This document shows, piece after piece, positions 39,835-52,400 of a stretch of DNA of 64,000 nt. Both the position numbers and the translations under genes were made by a program. The stretch's first letter is position 1. Every line of letters starts with the position of its first letter. Source of the DNA: Octopus vulgaris (taxonomy: Eukaryota); the NCBI GenBank assembly GCA_951406725.2, contig OX597822.1, positions 62,248,001 to 62,312,000 on the forward strand, given 5' to 3'. The notes under the pieces are model-generated. The model saw only the letters and a list, made by a program, of their open reading frames with translations, searched no databases and was not told the DNA's origin.

Positions 39835-42017
39835 TTATTTCTTAGAGGGGGAGTCCCCTTCCATATAAACTTCTGGTAATAGTCTTTCGGGGGTTTCTTC
39901 CCTTCCCTCTCTCTTTGGCTTGGATAAATCTTTCTCTGGGATTTCATTTCTTTTTTCTTTCAGTAAAAACCTGTCCAATGTTAGTTACTTTTGCCTGCAT
40001 TACAAATTTCTTCTAAAATGAGACGTGACATGACATTGTCATAGATAAGGTTTACTTCTCTATTTGCTACCACTGTATCTGAATGATAATTTCCCAAAGA
40101 TTTTTGCACATCACCCCATTCAGCAGAAATGTCTTTGATTAAAGAACTTGGGACACACTCCTTTCCTTCCTTCTCTTCAGAAGACATTTCCTCAGCCAAG
40201 GTCTTTTGCTGTTCATTTTGAAGGTGTACGTGCTCTTCGGTAGTAAGCTCAGTACGGTGGTCTTCCACCAGCTCTTTAATATATTCACTGTCGGCATCCC
40301 CGCTCATAGCTTTTCCTACAGAGACATTATCGTCAACAATAGCAATTTCCTCGACAGCAGTAGTAATTGTAGCTGTCTCAAACCCCCGCAAAGTCTCGTT
40401 TTAGTACACAGTTTGGCCAATGTTTCCTTCATGCTGAATTCATGGTTCTGAATCTCACTTGGTTCCATGCATTATCAATAAGATTAACACAATTCAGAAT
40501 ATTGAAATGATTTTTCCAAAATTCTCTGAGAGTTAACAGTCATTAGTGACTTGAAAACACTTTCGAAACCGGGCTTTTGTGTAAAGTTTCTTAAAGTTTG
40601 CAATGACCTGTTGGTCCATTGGTTGTATTAGAGAAGTGTTAGGTGGCAGATATTTGACCTGAATAAAATCAAATTTTTCAACTAAGCGCAGGAGTGGTTG
40701 TGTGGTAAGTGGCTTGCTCACCAACTACATGGTTGCGGGTTCAGTCCCACTGCGTGGCATCTTGGGCAAGTGTCTTCTGCTATAGCCTCGGGCCGACCAA
40801 AGCCTTGTGAGTGGATTTGGTAGACGGAAACTGAAAGAAGCCTGTCGTATATATGTATATATATATATATGTATGTGTGTGTATTTGTTCGTGTGTCTGT
40901 GTTTGTCCCTCTAGCATTGCTTGACAACCGATGCTGGTGTGTTTACGTCCCCGTCACTTAGATGTTCGGCAAAAGAAACCGATAGAATAAGTACAAGTAA
41001 AAGAGTAAAAGAGTAAACCTTCGTATTAGCCCGCCATATAACAGGTAATTTACTCTTCATAATATTGTTTCTTTTGAAAACCGTCGGATTATCGGTATGG
41101 TAAACAAGCAATAGCTCGACCTTGAAATCGCCACTTGTGTTGCCGCATAGCAAAAGAGTAAGTCTATCTTTCATTGGCTTGTGCTCTGGCAACGCATTTT
41201 CCTCCTTAGTAATATAGGTCCTATTTGGCATTTGTTTCCAAATTAATACTGTTATCAAGTCATTATACTCAATCACAAATTTCTCAGTCGCTTCCTTGTT
41301 TGAACCTGTCGTCTCTCCATGCCTAATTACACTGTGAATTTCATTTCTCTTCTTAAATTTCTCGAACCAGCCTTTGCAAGCTTTAAATTCAAAAGTATCA
41401 CTTTCAGCACTTGTACCAAGGGTTTTCTTTAATAGACCATTATAAATTTCTAATGCTTTCTCACAAATAAATGCGTTACTGATACTGTCACCTGCTGTTT
41501 CACATTTATATAAAAAAGCAATAACTTTTTCACTTTTTTGAGTATCTTTGGTCTTTGTTTATTAATAACAGTCACTCCTTTTGCAACATCAGTTGCTTTT
41601 ATCACTTCCCCCATTTTTTAAAATAGTAGATATTGTCGATTTAGGCATACAGTATTTCACAGCAAGATCTGACACAAAAATACCATTTTCGTGTTTTGCA
41701 ATGATTTCTTTCTTCACCACAATTGTTTTCCTCTCAAGTTTTCTTTTTTCTTTACTAGTATCACTGCTAGCTTTCTTTGGAGCCACGACTAAGGGCTAAT
41801 GAAGAGAATAAGGGCACAGTACAGTAAAATCGGAAAAGAAAAGCACAGCACAACACACGGATGCAAACGACTCGGCAGTCGACTCAGAAATGATTTCGTT
41901 CGGGTCAACTCGGTTCGGCAATGCTGTTCGAGAACCGAAATTTTGTTCAATAACCGAGGCATTTTCGACATGTAAGACGTTCGACATGTAAGACGTTCGA
42001 GAACCGAGGTTGCTCTG
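39835..42017 (-). mobile_element. Tigger/pogo DNA transposon, decayed, right TIR missing, interrupted by a SINE
   Basis: TA + cagagcaacctcggttctcgaac end; MAPKK..KKEIIAKHENG..STISTILK (CENP-B-type HTH), FKACKGWFEKFK, WKQMPNRTYI, KDRLTLLLCGN.SGDFK, LPPNTSLIQPMDQQVIANFK. Confidence 0.93.
40686..41016 (+). mobile_element. SINE family A inserted in the Tigger transposase
   Basis: Family A sequence interrupts the transposase reading frame. Confidence 0.9.
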
Positions 42018-42703
42018 TATATATATTTTGAGTATACCAACGGATTACAATATAATCCTTATATTGTCCTTTTGTGCACCTTCATGCTTTTCCATTCAAG
42101 GTATTTTAAAATACAATATTATATATTTGTATGTTTTGTAGTTTTAATTTTGATTGTGAAATGAAACTATTGTAGATGAATATGTTAATTGATAAATAGA
42201 TTAATTTGTATCCATTAGATTTCTCCATTTTCATACTTAATTATAATATTTAATGCTTTATGAGATTTTATATAATATGATATTTTATGATTTATAATAT
42301 ATTCATTGAAAAATTATCTCTTCAAAATACAATATATTAAACCAGCGTATCTTGGATAAAAATATCCCTATAAGAGGTCAAAATATCCTCAAAGTGATTA
42401 ATGTGTGTATTTTTATGTGTGTGGATATATATATATATGCATATATATATAAACCTCTTGAGCTCTACTAAGTGTATTCTATAATGGGAATATTAGTATG
42501 TACTATATATGTATATATATATATATATATATGTATTATATATGTGTATACATACATACTTACATATATACGTATATATAAACATACATGTATGTATATA
42601 TATATATAACGGGAAGCTTTATGAAAATAGACAAAAGACGAAGGCAGGTGGAAAACAAACAAACAATTGTATTAGTATGGCGCTCAGGAAATATAAATAA
42701 AAC

Positions 42704-42745
42704 AAGTCTTTAACGTTTCGAGCCTACGCTCTTCAACAGAAAGAT
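42704..42745 (-). ncRNA. Minimal type I hammerhead ribozyme motif with CUGUUGA core variant
   Basis: Reverse complement: tcttt-CTGTTGA-a-gagc-gtag-gctc-GAAA-cg-TT-aaaga; stems I and II pair, stem III is the ACGT palindrome. Confidence 0.75.
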
Positions 42746-43490
42746 ACACACAGAGAAAAAAACACAGAAAGAACGAGAGAAAAAAATGCGTGCAGTAACT
42801 AACGAACCAACATGGCGATCTGATTTCGGCCAGAAGTCAAAGATCAAACATGAGACGCGAGAGCGAAATTAGGGGAGATAATAGGGTTGAGTGACCAGCT
42901 CCAACATAAGGGTATGTGTGTGTGTGTGTGTGTGTGTATGAGAGAGTATTAGTGCGTATGAGAGGTCTGGACGTGTGTATGTATAGGGTTGGTGTATGTA
43001 TTAGTATGTATTAGTATGTATAAGGGTGTGTGTGTGTGTGTATGAGAGAGTATTAGTGGGTATGAGAGGTCTGGACGTGTGTATGTATAGGGTTGGTGTA
43101 TGTATTAGTATGTATTAGTATGTATTAGTACGTATTAGTATGTATTAGTTGGTGTATGTATTAGTATGGCACATCATATATGATGTGATGTGTAAAGTCG
43201 TGTGGTGTAGTGTGGAGAGAGGAGAAGAGGGGGGGGAGGGGGGAGAGAGGGGGAGAGAGAGGAGGGGGAGAATGAAGGGGATGAGGAGGGGAGGAGGAAG
43301 GAGGAAAGAGGGAGAGGGGAGAGAGAAGGGGAGTGAGGGAGCAGAGGGAAGGGGAAGAGGGAAGGAGGGAGGGAGAAAGAGGGAAGAAGGGAAGGGGAGT
43401 AGGGGTGAAAGGATGAAGGACAGAAGAGAAGTAGGGGTCGGGGGAGGTAGGTGAGGAGGGGGAGAGGGGGGAGAGAGGGGGAGAGGGGGG

Positions 43491-45217
43491 TTAGATGAGG
43501 AGGGGGGAGAGTTGAGACCAAATGGCGTATAAGAGCGAAGAGAGAAGATTAATTCCTGTTCACGGCGCAAACGGGAATCTGGATGGCCTCTGTGTAAGGA
43601 CAAACCGAACACAGATAGGTGTTGCAAGGAGTGACCGGTGGAGCGGAAATGGCGAGAGACCGGTGTGTCGTTCGCAAGGTGGATGTCACGAAGGTGTTCC
43701 GCGAACCGGTCAGCCAAGCGGCGTCCCGTTTGTCCGATGTACAAGGAATGGCAGAGAGAGCAAGAGACGCAATAGATAATATTGCTGGAGGTGCAGGTGA
43801 AGGAGTGGATGATGCGATAGGGTCGATGATGGGTGCTAGTGAGGAGGGTGGTGTTGGAGAGGTAAGGGCAAGTGCGGCAACGTGGGCGGGAGCAGGGGAA
43901 CGAGCCGGGTTGGGAGGCAGGGTCAGGGAAGGAGCTATGGACCAAAAGGTCTCGAAGGTTGTGGGCTCGTTTGAAAGAGGGGAGGGGTCGGTTAGGGAAG
44001 AGGTGTGAAGTGGACAGGTCGGACTGGAGATGACGGAAAGCTCGAAGAATGGTGCGTTGGAGAGGTAGGGTCGTGGGGTGGTAAGTGAGGGGAAAAGGGA
44101 GGCGGGAGACTACAGGGCGGGTTCGGGGAGAGAGAGCAGATACACGGTCCACGGACCGTGCTCTGGCAAGGGCGGTGTGGATAGTGGTGAGGGGGTATCC
44201 ACGTAGGGTGAAGTGGTGAGCCATACGTTGAGACTGAGTCTCAAAGTCATGGTCGTCACTACAGAGCCTACGTAGACGGAGGAATTGGGAATAGGGGATG
44301 GAAAGCTTGGTGTGTTCTGGGTGGGAGGAAGAGAAGTTGAGGTATGAGTGTGAGTCTGTGTGTTTGTAGTGAATGGAGGTGGTAAGAGTGGAGTGAAGAA
44401 TGCTAACCGAAATGTCGAGGAAGGAGACAGAGGTATTGGAGATAGTGGAAGTGAAGTGGAGGGCTGGATGGAAAGATTGGACGAAAGAGAGGAAGGAATC
44501 TAGATGTTCACGGGAGAGTGAGGTGGCACCGATAAGGTCGTCAATGTAACGACCATATAGTTCGGGAGTGGGACCAGTGAAGTTAGAGAATATGTGGGCC
44601 TCAACATAGCCAACGAACAGGTTCGCATAGTTGGGGCCCATTCGCGTTCCCATGGCCACTCCCGAGAACTGATGGTAGAACTCGCCCGCGAACGAGAAGC
44701 AGTTCAGAGTAAGGACAAGTTCGGCCAGACGAATGAGTGTGGAGGTGTCAGGTACAGGGTTGGAGCGGAGGTCAAGAAAGTGTCGAAGGGCCTGCAGTCC
44801 TTCGTGGTGAGGGATAACAGTATAGAGGCTTTGGATGTCCATAGTAAAAAGGATTTGGAGGAGCCGGGAGGAAAGGAGAAAGAGTTGAAAAGCCGGAGAG
44901 TATGGTTGGTATCGTGGATGTGGGAGGGAAGAGATGCCACTAGGGGGGGCAAGGACACGGTCGAGGTATTTAGAGATGAGCTCCGTGGGGTAGTTACAGG
45001 CGGAGACGATGGGGAGGCCAGGGTTGTTGGGTTTGTGGATTTTGGGGAGGGAGTAAATGGTGGGGGTACGTGGGGTTCGCACAATTAGGTTGGATGCGGT
45101 GTGGGGGAGACGGGAGGACGAGATGAGGTCGTGGACAGTAGAGGATACCGTCTGTTGATAGCTACGTGTGGGGTTAGAGGGCAGAGAGGAGTAGAAGGAG
45201 GTGTCATTGAGTTGGCG

Positions 45218-45218
<1 letters not shown>
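43491..45218 (-). pseudogene. Penelope-like reverse transcriptase + GIY-YIG endonuclease ORF (frameshifted, N-terminus missing)
   Basis: Motifs RQLNDTSFY, YSLPKIHKP, MDIQSLYT, GVAMGT, RYIDD, FLDI, SSHP, RGYP, CSRPRCRTC, NIIYCVSC..C..YIGQT, RFAEH, REQELI, PFGLN; compensating frameshifts near 44850-44945 (LVASLPSHIHDTNH lies in another frame); probable true stop at 43491 missed by a 1-nt indel. Confidence 0.93.
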
Positions 45219-45265
<47 letters not shown>

Positions 45266-45560
45266 AATATAAGGAAAAAAATTTATCAGTGGCCAGCATA
45301 TGTAAGATACATTTTAAGGTGAAAATTATAAATACAATTATAAATAAGGGCACAAAGAAAAAAAATTCTTTGCCAATATGATGAAAAAGAAACGTTAAAT
45401 CGTTTAACCATATTAAATATTTTCACTTATATTATTACAATAATAATATAAGTGAATATAAGAATAAGATGTGAAAATAGTTTGGAGTAAGACGATTTAG
45501 CGTCTATTTTTCAGCATATTGGTAAAGAAAATTTTATCTTTTTGCCATTATTTATACATA

Positions 45561-45621
<61 letters not shown>

Positions 45622-45873
45622 TTATGTGTGATTGTTTGTGTCTGTTTTTGTCCTCCCCACCATCGCTTGACAACCGATGTTGGTGTGTTTACGGCCTCGC
45701 AACCTAGCGGTTCGGCCAAACAGACTGATAAAATAAGCACTAGACATAGAAAGTCCAGGGGTCGATTTCTTCGATTAAAATGTGGTGCTCTGGCATGGCC
45801 ACAGTCAAATGACTGAAACAAGTAAAAGAATACAAGAGTGTATATATTTATATATACATACATACAAACACAC

Positions 45874-45904
<31 letters not shown>

Positions 45905-46794
45905 CATACATACATACATAAATACATACATACATACATACATACATACATAAATACATACATACACACACACACACAGACACACACACATATATATATA
46001 TATATTTGCTTTTATGTCGAATTGTAATAAATATAATATTATTTTTACATTAAACTGCAGAATTACTTTTTGTCGAGCACATATTTATTATGCTTACACA
46101 CACACACATTCACACACATTCACACACACATATTACATATACTATATATTATACACACAAATACACCCCCCACACACATACATATGTACGTATATGTTTA
46201 TGCCTACACCTACAAATACACGTATATCTGATGAAAAGGTTAACTGATAATATAGACAACCAAAATATCAATAAATCTATATTTTCGTCTGTATCACAAT
46301 AGAATTTGTTTTGTAGCTGAATAATTTTCGGGCAGCTGAATATTATTGTTATAAATGATAATCGCTATGTGGTGATTTTCTAAAGTATGTCGTATTAATC
46401 ATGAATATAAGCTGTTCCTGAAATATATGAAAACACTGAAATAATTTCTCTTTGTTTCCCATCCATATATTAAGATTTGGTTAATTGTTGTGCTTCATAA
46501 TAAAGTTTCCAAAATATATACACCAACGTATTTCGACTTAACAGCAGTTGAGAATTTATATTCTGTCTGGCCTTGCCCAAGTCTCTATCTATAGCAGGAA
46601 TTAATTTTCTTACTCAATATTTCAGTCCCTCAGGGTCTAAAGTCTTTATCACTTTTCATTTTAACCTTTCCTTCACACACCACCCATCTCTTTCATCTTT
46701 CATTCCCACTGTACCACTCACCTACATTATATCGTTGAACTCATTACCCAATACAATATATACCAGTACGTTCAAACAGAATATACGTCTATCC

Positions 46795-46826
<32 letters not shown>

Positions 46827-46924
46827 GCACGCACGCACGCACACACACACACATTTGCACCAACTATTCCATTACAGATCCCCATGCTACACACTTATAG
46901 TAGCAAGTGTATAATATTAAACAT

Positions 46925-47234
46925 CTCGCCTTTTTCAAGCCTAGCCAGGCTCATGGGCCCGGTTTCCCGGTTTCTGTGGCGTATGTGTTCCCCCCAGCTG
47001 GACGGGACGCCAGTCCATCGCAGCGTTACTCAAGAAACAGGAAGAAAGAGTGGGAGAAAGTTGGGGCGAAAGAGTACAACAGGAGTCGCCACCACCCCCT
47101 GCCGGAGCATCGTAGAGCTTATGTGTGTTTATTTCGCTCAATAAACACACACAACGCCCGGTCTGGGAATCGAAACCGCGAATCTCTGACCGCGAGTCCG
47201 CTGTGCCCTAACCACTGGGCCATTGTGCCTCCAC
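46925..47234 (-). mobile_element. SINE family C, tail type 4, TSD aatattaaacat
   Basis: 12-bp TSD at 46913-46924 and 47235-47246. Confidence 0.9.
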
Positions 47235-47823
47235 AATATTAAACATACAATTCTTACCAAGCACATTTATTCAGTATGATACACATAACATCCTCATACA
47301 CAGAGGCACACAAAGAAAACAACACACGCATACATACACTTACACACGCAAACTATTTTTTCATATACACACACGTGCATGCGCAAAATATATGCCTGGT
47401 AATCTTATACATATACATATATAAACAGAAAACAAAGACAGGAACGTGCAAACAAGCATAAACACAGTTTATTCATATATACACGTTCATATACACAGAC
47501 ATCAGACAGCCTCATACGCATACACACATAAACAGAAAATACGGACATGCGCACAGACGCCCCCACATACACACACTCACGCTTCCAAACACAGAGCATA
47601 TACGCACACGTTAGTTTCATACATGCACTCATGCGCGCATGCGCGCAAACTTATGCCAAGTTCACAGCTGTACCCCACGCCGACTTGCCTGAAGTCGCCC
47701 CCCACAGTTGTCCAATTTGCCACTCACACCACGTGATCTCTTTCGGTCTTTTGATCATGCGGTGACTGTTTAAGTGAGGCATATTTGATCTTTTCTCTCT
47801 CCTTTTTTTCTCTCCTCGTCTAT

Positions 47824-47862
47824 TCCTTCTGTAGAAGAGCGCGTGCTTGAAACTTAAAAGAA
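47824..47862 (+). ncRNA. Decayed hammerhead motif in a solo Penelope terminus (~47660-47940)
   Basis: tcctt-CTGTAGA-agagcgcgtgctt-GAAAC-TT-aaaaga, homologous to the motifs at 6343 and 42704. Confidence 0.55.
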
Positions 47863-47974
47863 TTTTCCTTCTATTTTTTCTAAGCTTAAACCTGTTCTTA
47901 CTTTTATCTCGTCTTTGTGTTATATATTATTTTTCACTATACACACACATACACACGTGCGTGTATGTATTTAT

Positions 47975-48020
<46 letters not shown>

Positions 48021-48026
48021 ACACAT

Positions 48027-48089
<63 letters not shown>

Positions 48090-48148
48090 TATATAACAAA
48101 TAAGGAAGAAGGAAAGCTTCTAACAAAGCAAAAGTGAAAGTTAAGTAA

Positions 48149-48188
48149 CCTTTATCTATTTCAGATACAAAGGCCCATCGTCAGAAGT
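48149..48188 (-). ncRNA. Hammerhead motif in the left arm of a palindromic element (decayed twin on + strand at ~48243-48283)
   Basis: Reverse complement: ctt-CTGACGA-tgggcctttgtatct-GAAA-taga-TA-aag; twin reads ctt-ATGATGA-taggcttttgtgcat-GAAA-tata-TG-aaa. Confidence 0.6.
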
Positions 48189-48393
48189 GAACAGCTTACA
48201 GAAATGTAAGTTGATGCAGATCTTGATTGCCGTAAGCCGTTCACTTATGATGATAGGCTTTTGTGCATGAAATATATGAAACTTACTTAACTTTCTTTTT
48301 CACTTTGTTACAAGCTCCCCGTTTTTCATTATTTGCTATCTTATTTCTGTATCACAAATCACAATGCTTCAAGCAAAGTACAGTGTCTTCTCC

Positions 48394-48487
<94 letters not shown>

Positions 48488-49545
48488 ATATGTATGCATA
48501 TATATGTGCGTGTGTGTAAAAGATGGAATTTACGACTAGCCGATAAAAAGTTGGTCTAACTTATACAGGAAAGGACTTTAAGAAAATATTTTTTCACGCA
48601 AAAAAAAAAATAAATAAAAGAAAGTCAACCTAGCCACGAGGACCGAAATTTTGGGGAGGGGCTAGTCGATTAGATCGACCACAGTACGTAACCGGTACTT
48701 AATTTACCGACCTCGAAAGGATGAAAGGCAAAGTCGGCCTCGGCGAAATTTGAACTCAAAACGTAAAGACAGACGAGATACTGTTAAGCATTTCGTCCGG
48801 CATACTAACGTTACTGCCAGCTCGCCGCCTTAAAGTCTTTATAGATTAAAACAGTATTTACGTGGCTCCTAATTTCACAAATTAATAAAAAAAGCTCTTG
48901 TAAGCCGAGAAAGAAGAAAATAATTTTAAAACGCATTTGTACCCTTCAAAAAAGCTTTATTTACGTTTACTTAACCAGTTCTACATTGATGAGATCAAAG
49001 GGCCTGGAGTTACGCCGTATTTGTCTCGAATCTTATTGGATTTTGAATATTTGCTCTCATTGGTGGAGAGATTATCGCTCATATTGTCATCAACTGAGAT
49101 GGTGGTCAAAAGGTAGTCACTTTTCAATGATTGTTGTGTTAAAAGTTAAGAATTTATTGGACTAGGGAACGTGTTATGTGGCAGCATGGATAACAATTGC
49201 ACGTTATATCTACGTGTTAGTATACGTGACAGTATAATTGTTAATTGCCTCAAAAGTTAAGGATGTGTTAATCCAGTGAGTATGTCATACCATAGTATGG
49301 ACCACAGGTTAGTCAAGTCGATAGACAAAAAAATGTTAGATACATTTAATACAAAGAATCTACATGTGTATACACATAAAAGAAGTCCGACTTACACAGA
49401 ATGGAAATTATATCAGGAACTAAGAAGGTTGAGTAGGAGTTTTACGAGTCCAACAGCTGTTCTATGGGCTTGGTGGTCCGGAATGGAGATTAAAGATGTT
49501 TCATCTTTAATCGCCATCCTGTCAACACCTCAGATGTAAAATTCT

Positions 49546-49639
49546 TCCTTGAAGACGGAGGCTGGTGGCATCAAGTTATGATGGAATAAAGTTACCAGCA
49601 TTATTTTGGATCACCAAGCTCCCAGAAACAGCTGTTGGA
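49546..49639 (+). ncRNA. Hammerhead motif with U3 core variant and extended stem II
   Basis: tcc-TTGAAGA-c-ggag-gctggt...accagc...ctcc-ca-GAAA-cagctg-TT-gga; stem III is the ACAGCTGT palindrome. Confidence 0.62.
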
Positions 49640-50114
49640 CTCGTAAAACTCCTACTCAACCCCCTTAATACCTGATATCATTTCCATTCTGCGTAAGCCT
49701 GACTCCTTTTATGTGTATACATATGTACGTTCTTTGAATTAAATGTATGTAACATTTTTTGTATATCGACTTCACACACACATACATACATATCAGAGCA
49801 CTTATATTGCTAGACATTAGAGCTAAACTGCTCTAGTGCTGTTGTCAAATTAAATAATAGTATACGTATATACTGAGAAGGACCATAATCACTCGAGAAT
49901 TGGCAGTTCTGAAGCATTTTCGAGACGCGGTGAGACGAAAACGCTCCGACCTGTGACAAAGTGAAGAACGTATAAAATTATGCGCTTTGGTTGCAGTATT
50001 AGAGCAGTTTAGCTTTTATTTCTAGCAATGTAGGATTTCTGGCATCCTTATTCATATTCAATGACAATTATAGTTTTCCTTTTTGGTAACGCACTCCACA
50101 TCGCTGTTTATATT

Positions 50115-50207
<93 letters not shown>

Positions 50208-51269
50208 GTATATATATATATACATATACATACATAAACATACATATATATACATATATATACTCACACACGCGCGCACACACACGCGCACACACACACG
50301 CGCACACAAACACACACATACACACACACACACACACACGCATACACACACACATATTGTTGTATTTCAGGACAGTCATTTCTTTTTGTCAAATAAACAC
50401 ACGCACTAAATATTCGTTCTTCACTCATTTATTACTGTTCTTATTCTAACTTCAGAAAACTGAATTTTGCAATCCATTTTTAAGATTAAATTTACGGGAA
50501 TGCACAATTACACGGTTACTTCTTTTGAGAGGCTGAATCCTAAATACGTTATATGTAAAACAAATCCAAATAATCCCTGAACGAATAAGAGAGCAAGACC
50601 ATGAATTACAGTAATAATACCAACTTTCTGGAACAAAACACGCAACCCATTAAGTAACAACAACCATAATTAAGTCCGTGCAGCTCTTATAAACATCTAC
50701 ACTTGCTCATTAATTGGCATCCACCACTCACTAGAATAGCTGTGTGAAATCAATTTACACCTCATGGTCATTATATATTAGCTACAACCATAAAATTATG
50801 CACATGACTTGGCTATTGGCGTATTTAGCATCATCGACTCCTCGGTGCGTTTCATATCTCAACGTCCCAGGCACATTACTTTTATATTCGAGGTTAAAAT
50901 AACACTCACCGTCATTGAAGCTTAAAGATTTAGATACCAAAAGTTGATAAAAGACGTAAAAATACATCACTATCCACACAAACAATAATCTCCTTTGAAA
51001 ACATTTTCTTCTTCGAGGCTGGATTAGTGATTCTTAGTGATTCAATGCAGTTTAAGGTCATAAAATATAACGTTAAAATAAATAATGAAAATAGAAATGA
51101 AAATGAAGCAGAAATCTTTTATTTTCACATACAAAAAGGCAAGTAGATATTTAATGCAGCTTCAAATTACAATCACGTGGTACATTGTAAACAATTCAAA
51201 CACAATATCCTACAAAATCAATATTATCGTAAAGATCGTATTCACTGTTCATAGTATATCGTCCACTTC

Positions 51270-52400
51270 TTCCTTCATGTCATCCAGTAGTTAACCGTCT
51301 CCCGTCTCATCCGTTCGAAATTCCACATTTGTTGACCGAGTGTAGTTTCAGTATTTATTTCTTATTTCTATCCATGCATCAACGATCCTTTCACAAACCA
51401 GAGGATGTGATAGTGCCTTCATACAGCCTCTTTTAGTGTGTGATTTGTTTTTTCATCACGCATCCAGTTATTCCACCCGATTTTCATCAAGTCATTAAAT
51501 AGTTTATTGATCCAATCATCAAAAGGCAGCAAAACACTTGTAAGTTCGCTTCGACTTACAGTTATGCCAGTGTTTTGTGATCAGAGATTATCAACAATAT
51601 TCTTCACTAGATTTGCTCTAAATTAATCCCTGACAAGCTAGCTCTTTTCCTTAATAGACCACCAGATTGTAAATTCCAAACTTCTTTGATCCCTTTTTCT
51701 ACATTCCCACTCACTTATCTAGCTTTGTTGTGACAGCATATGTTTTACAATCCTTTTAAGAAATTTCTCCTTTAGCAGAGTTTTTGGTTTTATTTATTTT
51801 CGTTTAAAGCAACCATCGGTTTTAAATTAATACAATTAGCCATATGAAAAAATATTAAAGTAATCCATCACTTTCTATGGCGAGTGTCTCACATCAATTC
51901 TGTCTTATTAATTCGCCCTTGGATTCTCTGGCATGTGAAGGGTAATAGGGATTCTGTCCATTTTACCAATACATGATAACTCGGAATCTTTCTTCTGCCA
52001 ATTTCTAATTACAAACTAGTGAAACCATAACATCTTATCATCTAGATTATCCGGCAACTTTTGCGCTATCTTCACTTCGCAAATATTAGGAACCTAACGC
52101 ACCACTTATCGCTTACTTTAAAATCTGAAATTCTAGCCTTCTGTTTATCTTCGAGTATGGAGTACACAATTTCCATTTTGAAGATTTTCAAGTACCCATT
52201 CTACAATATATTCTACAATCTTGAATGCTTGCTTGATTTATCACTGTTAGTGAATTCTCGTTTTAGTGTTTCGGAAATTTGTTTGATATCAATCACCAAT
52301 TTGTCAAAACGCAAAATTCTCTTCCCGCAACACAGTTATCTGTCTTTTCAGTAACTTCTAAAAATTTTTGTTTTAAAGCTGCTCTATATTATTTTTTTTA
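51270..52400 (-). mobile_element. Highly decayed pogo-family transposase relic
   Basis: Across frames FKVSDKWCVRF, IAQKLPDNLDDK, IGKMDRIPITLHMP, LKPMVALNE, LTSVLLPFDDWINKLF. Confidence 0.7.

Larger units (their letters stand above)
42610..45218 (-). mobile_element. Penelope-like retroelement (probably Neptune-type), 5'-truncated, with 3' UTR and terminal hammerhead-bearing pseudo-LTR
   Basis: RT + GIY-YIG ORF, then purine tract, tandem repeats and a hammerhead motif at 42704-42745; 3' end abuts a (TA)-rich microsatellite, 5' end abuts (TG)n at 45221. Confidence 0.93.

Noticed and set aside
43145-43490. Pro/Ser/Leu-rich C-terminal extension of the 645-aa ORF
   Set aside because: Read-through into the purine/pyrimidine UTR after a probable 1-nt indel; the endonuclease ends at PFGLN
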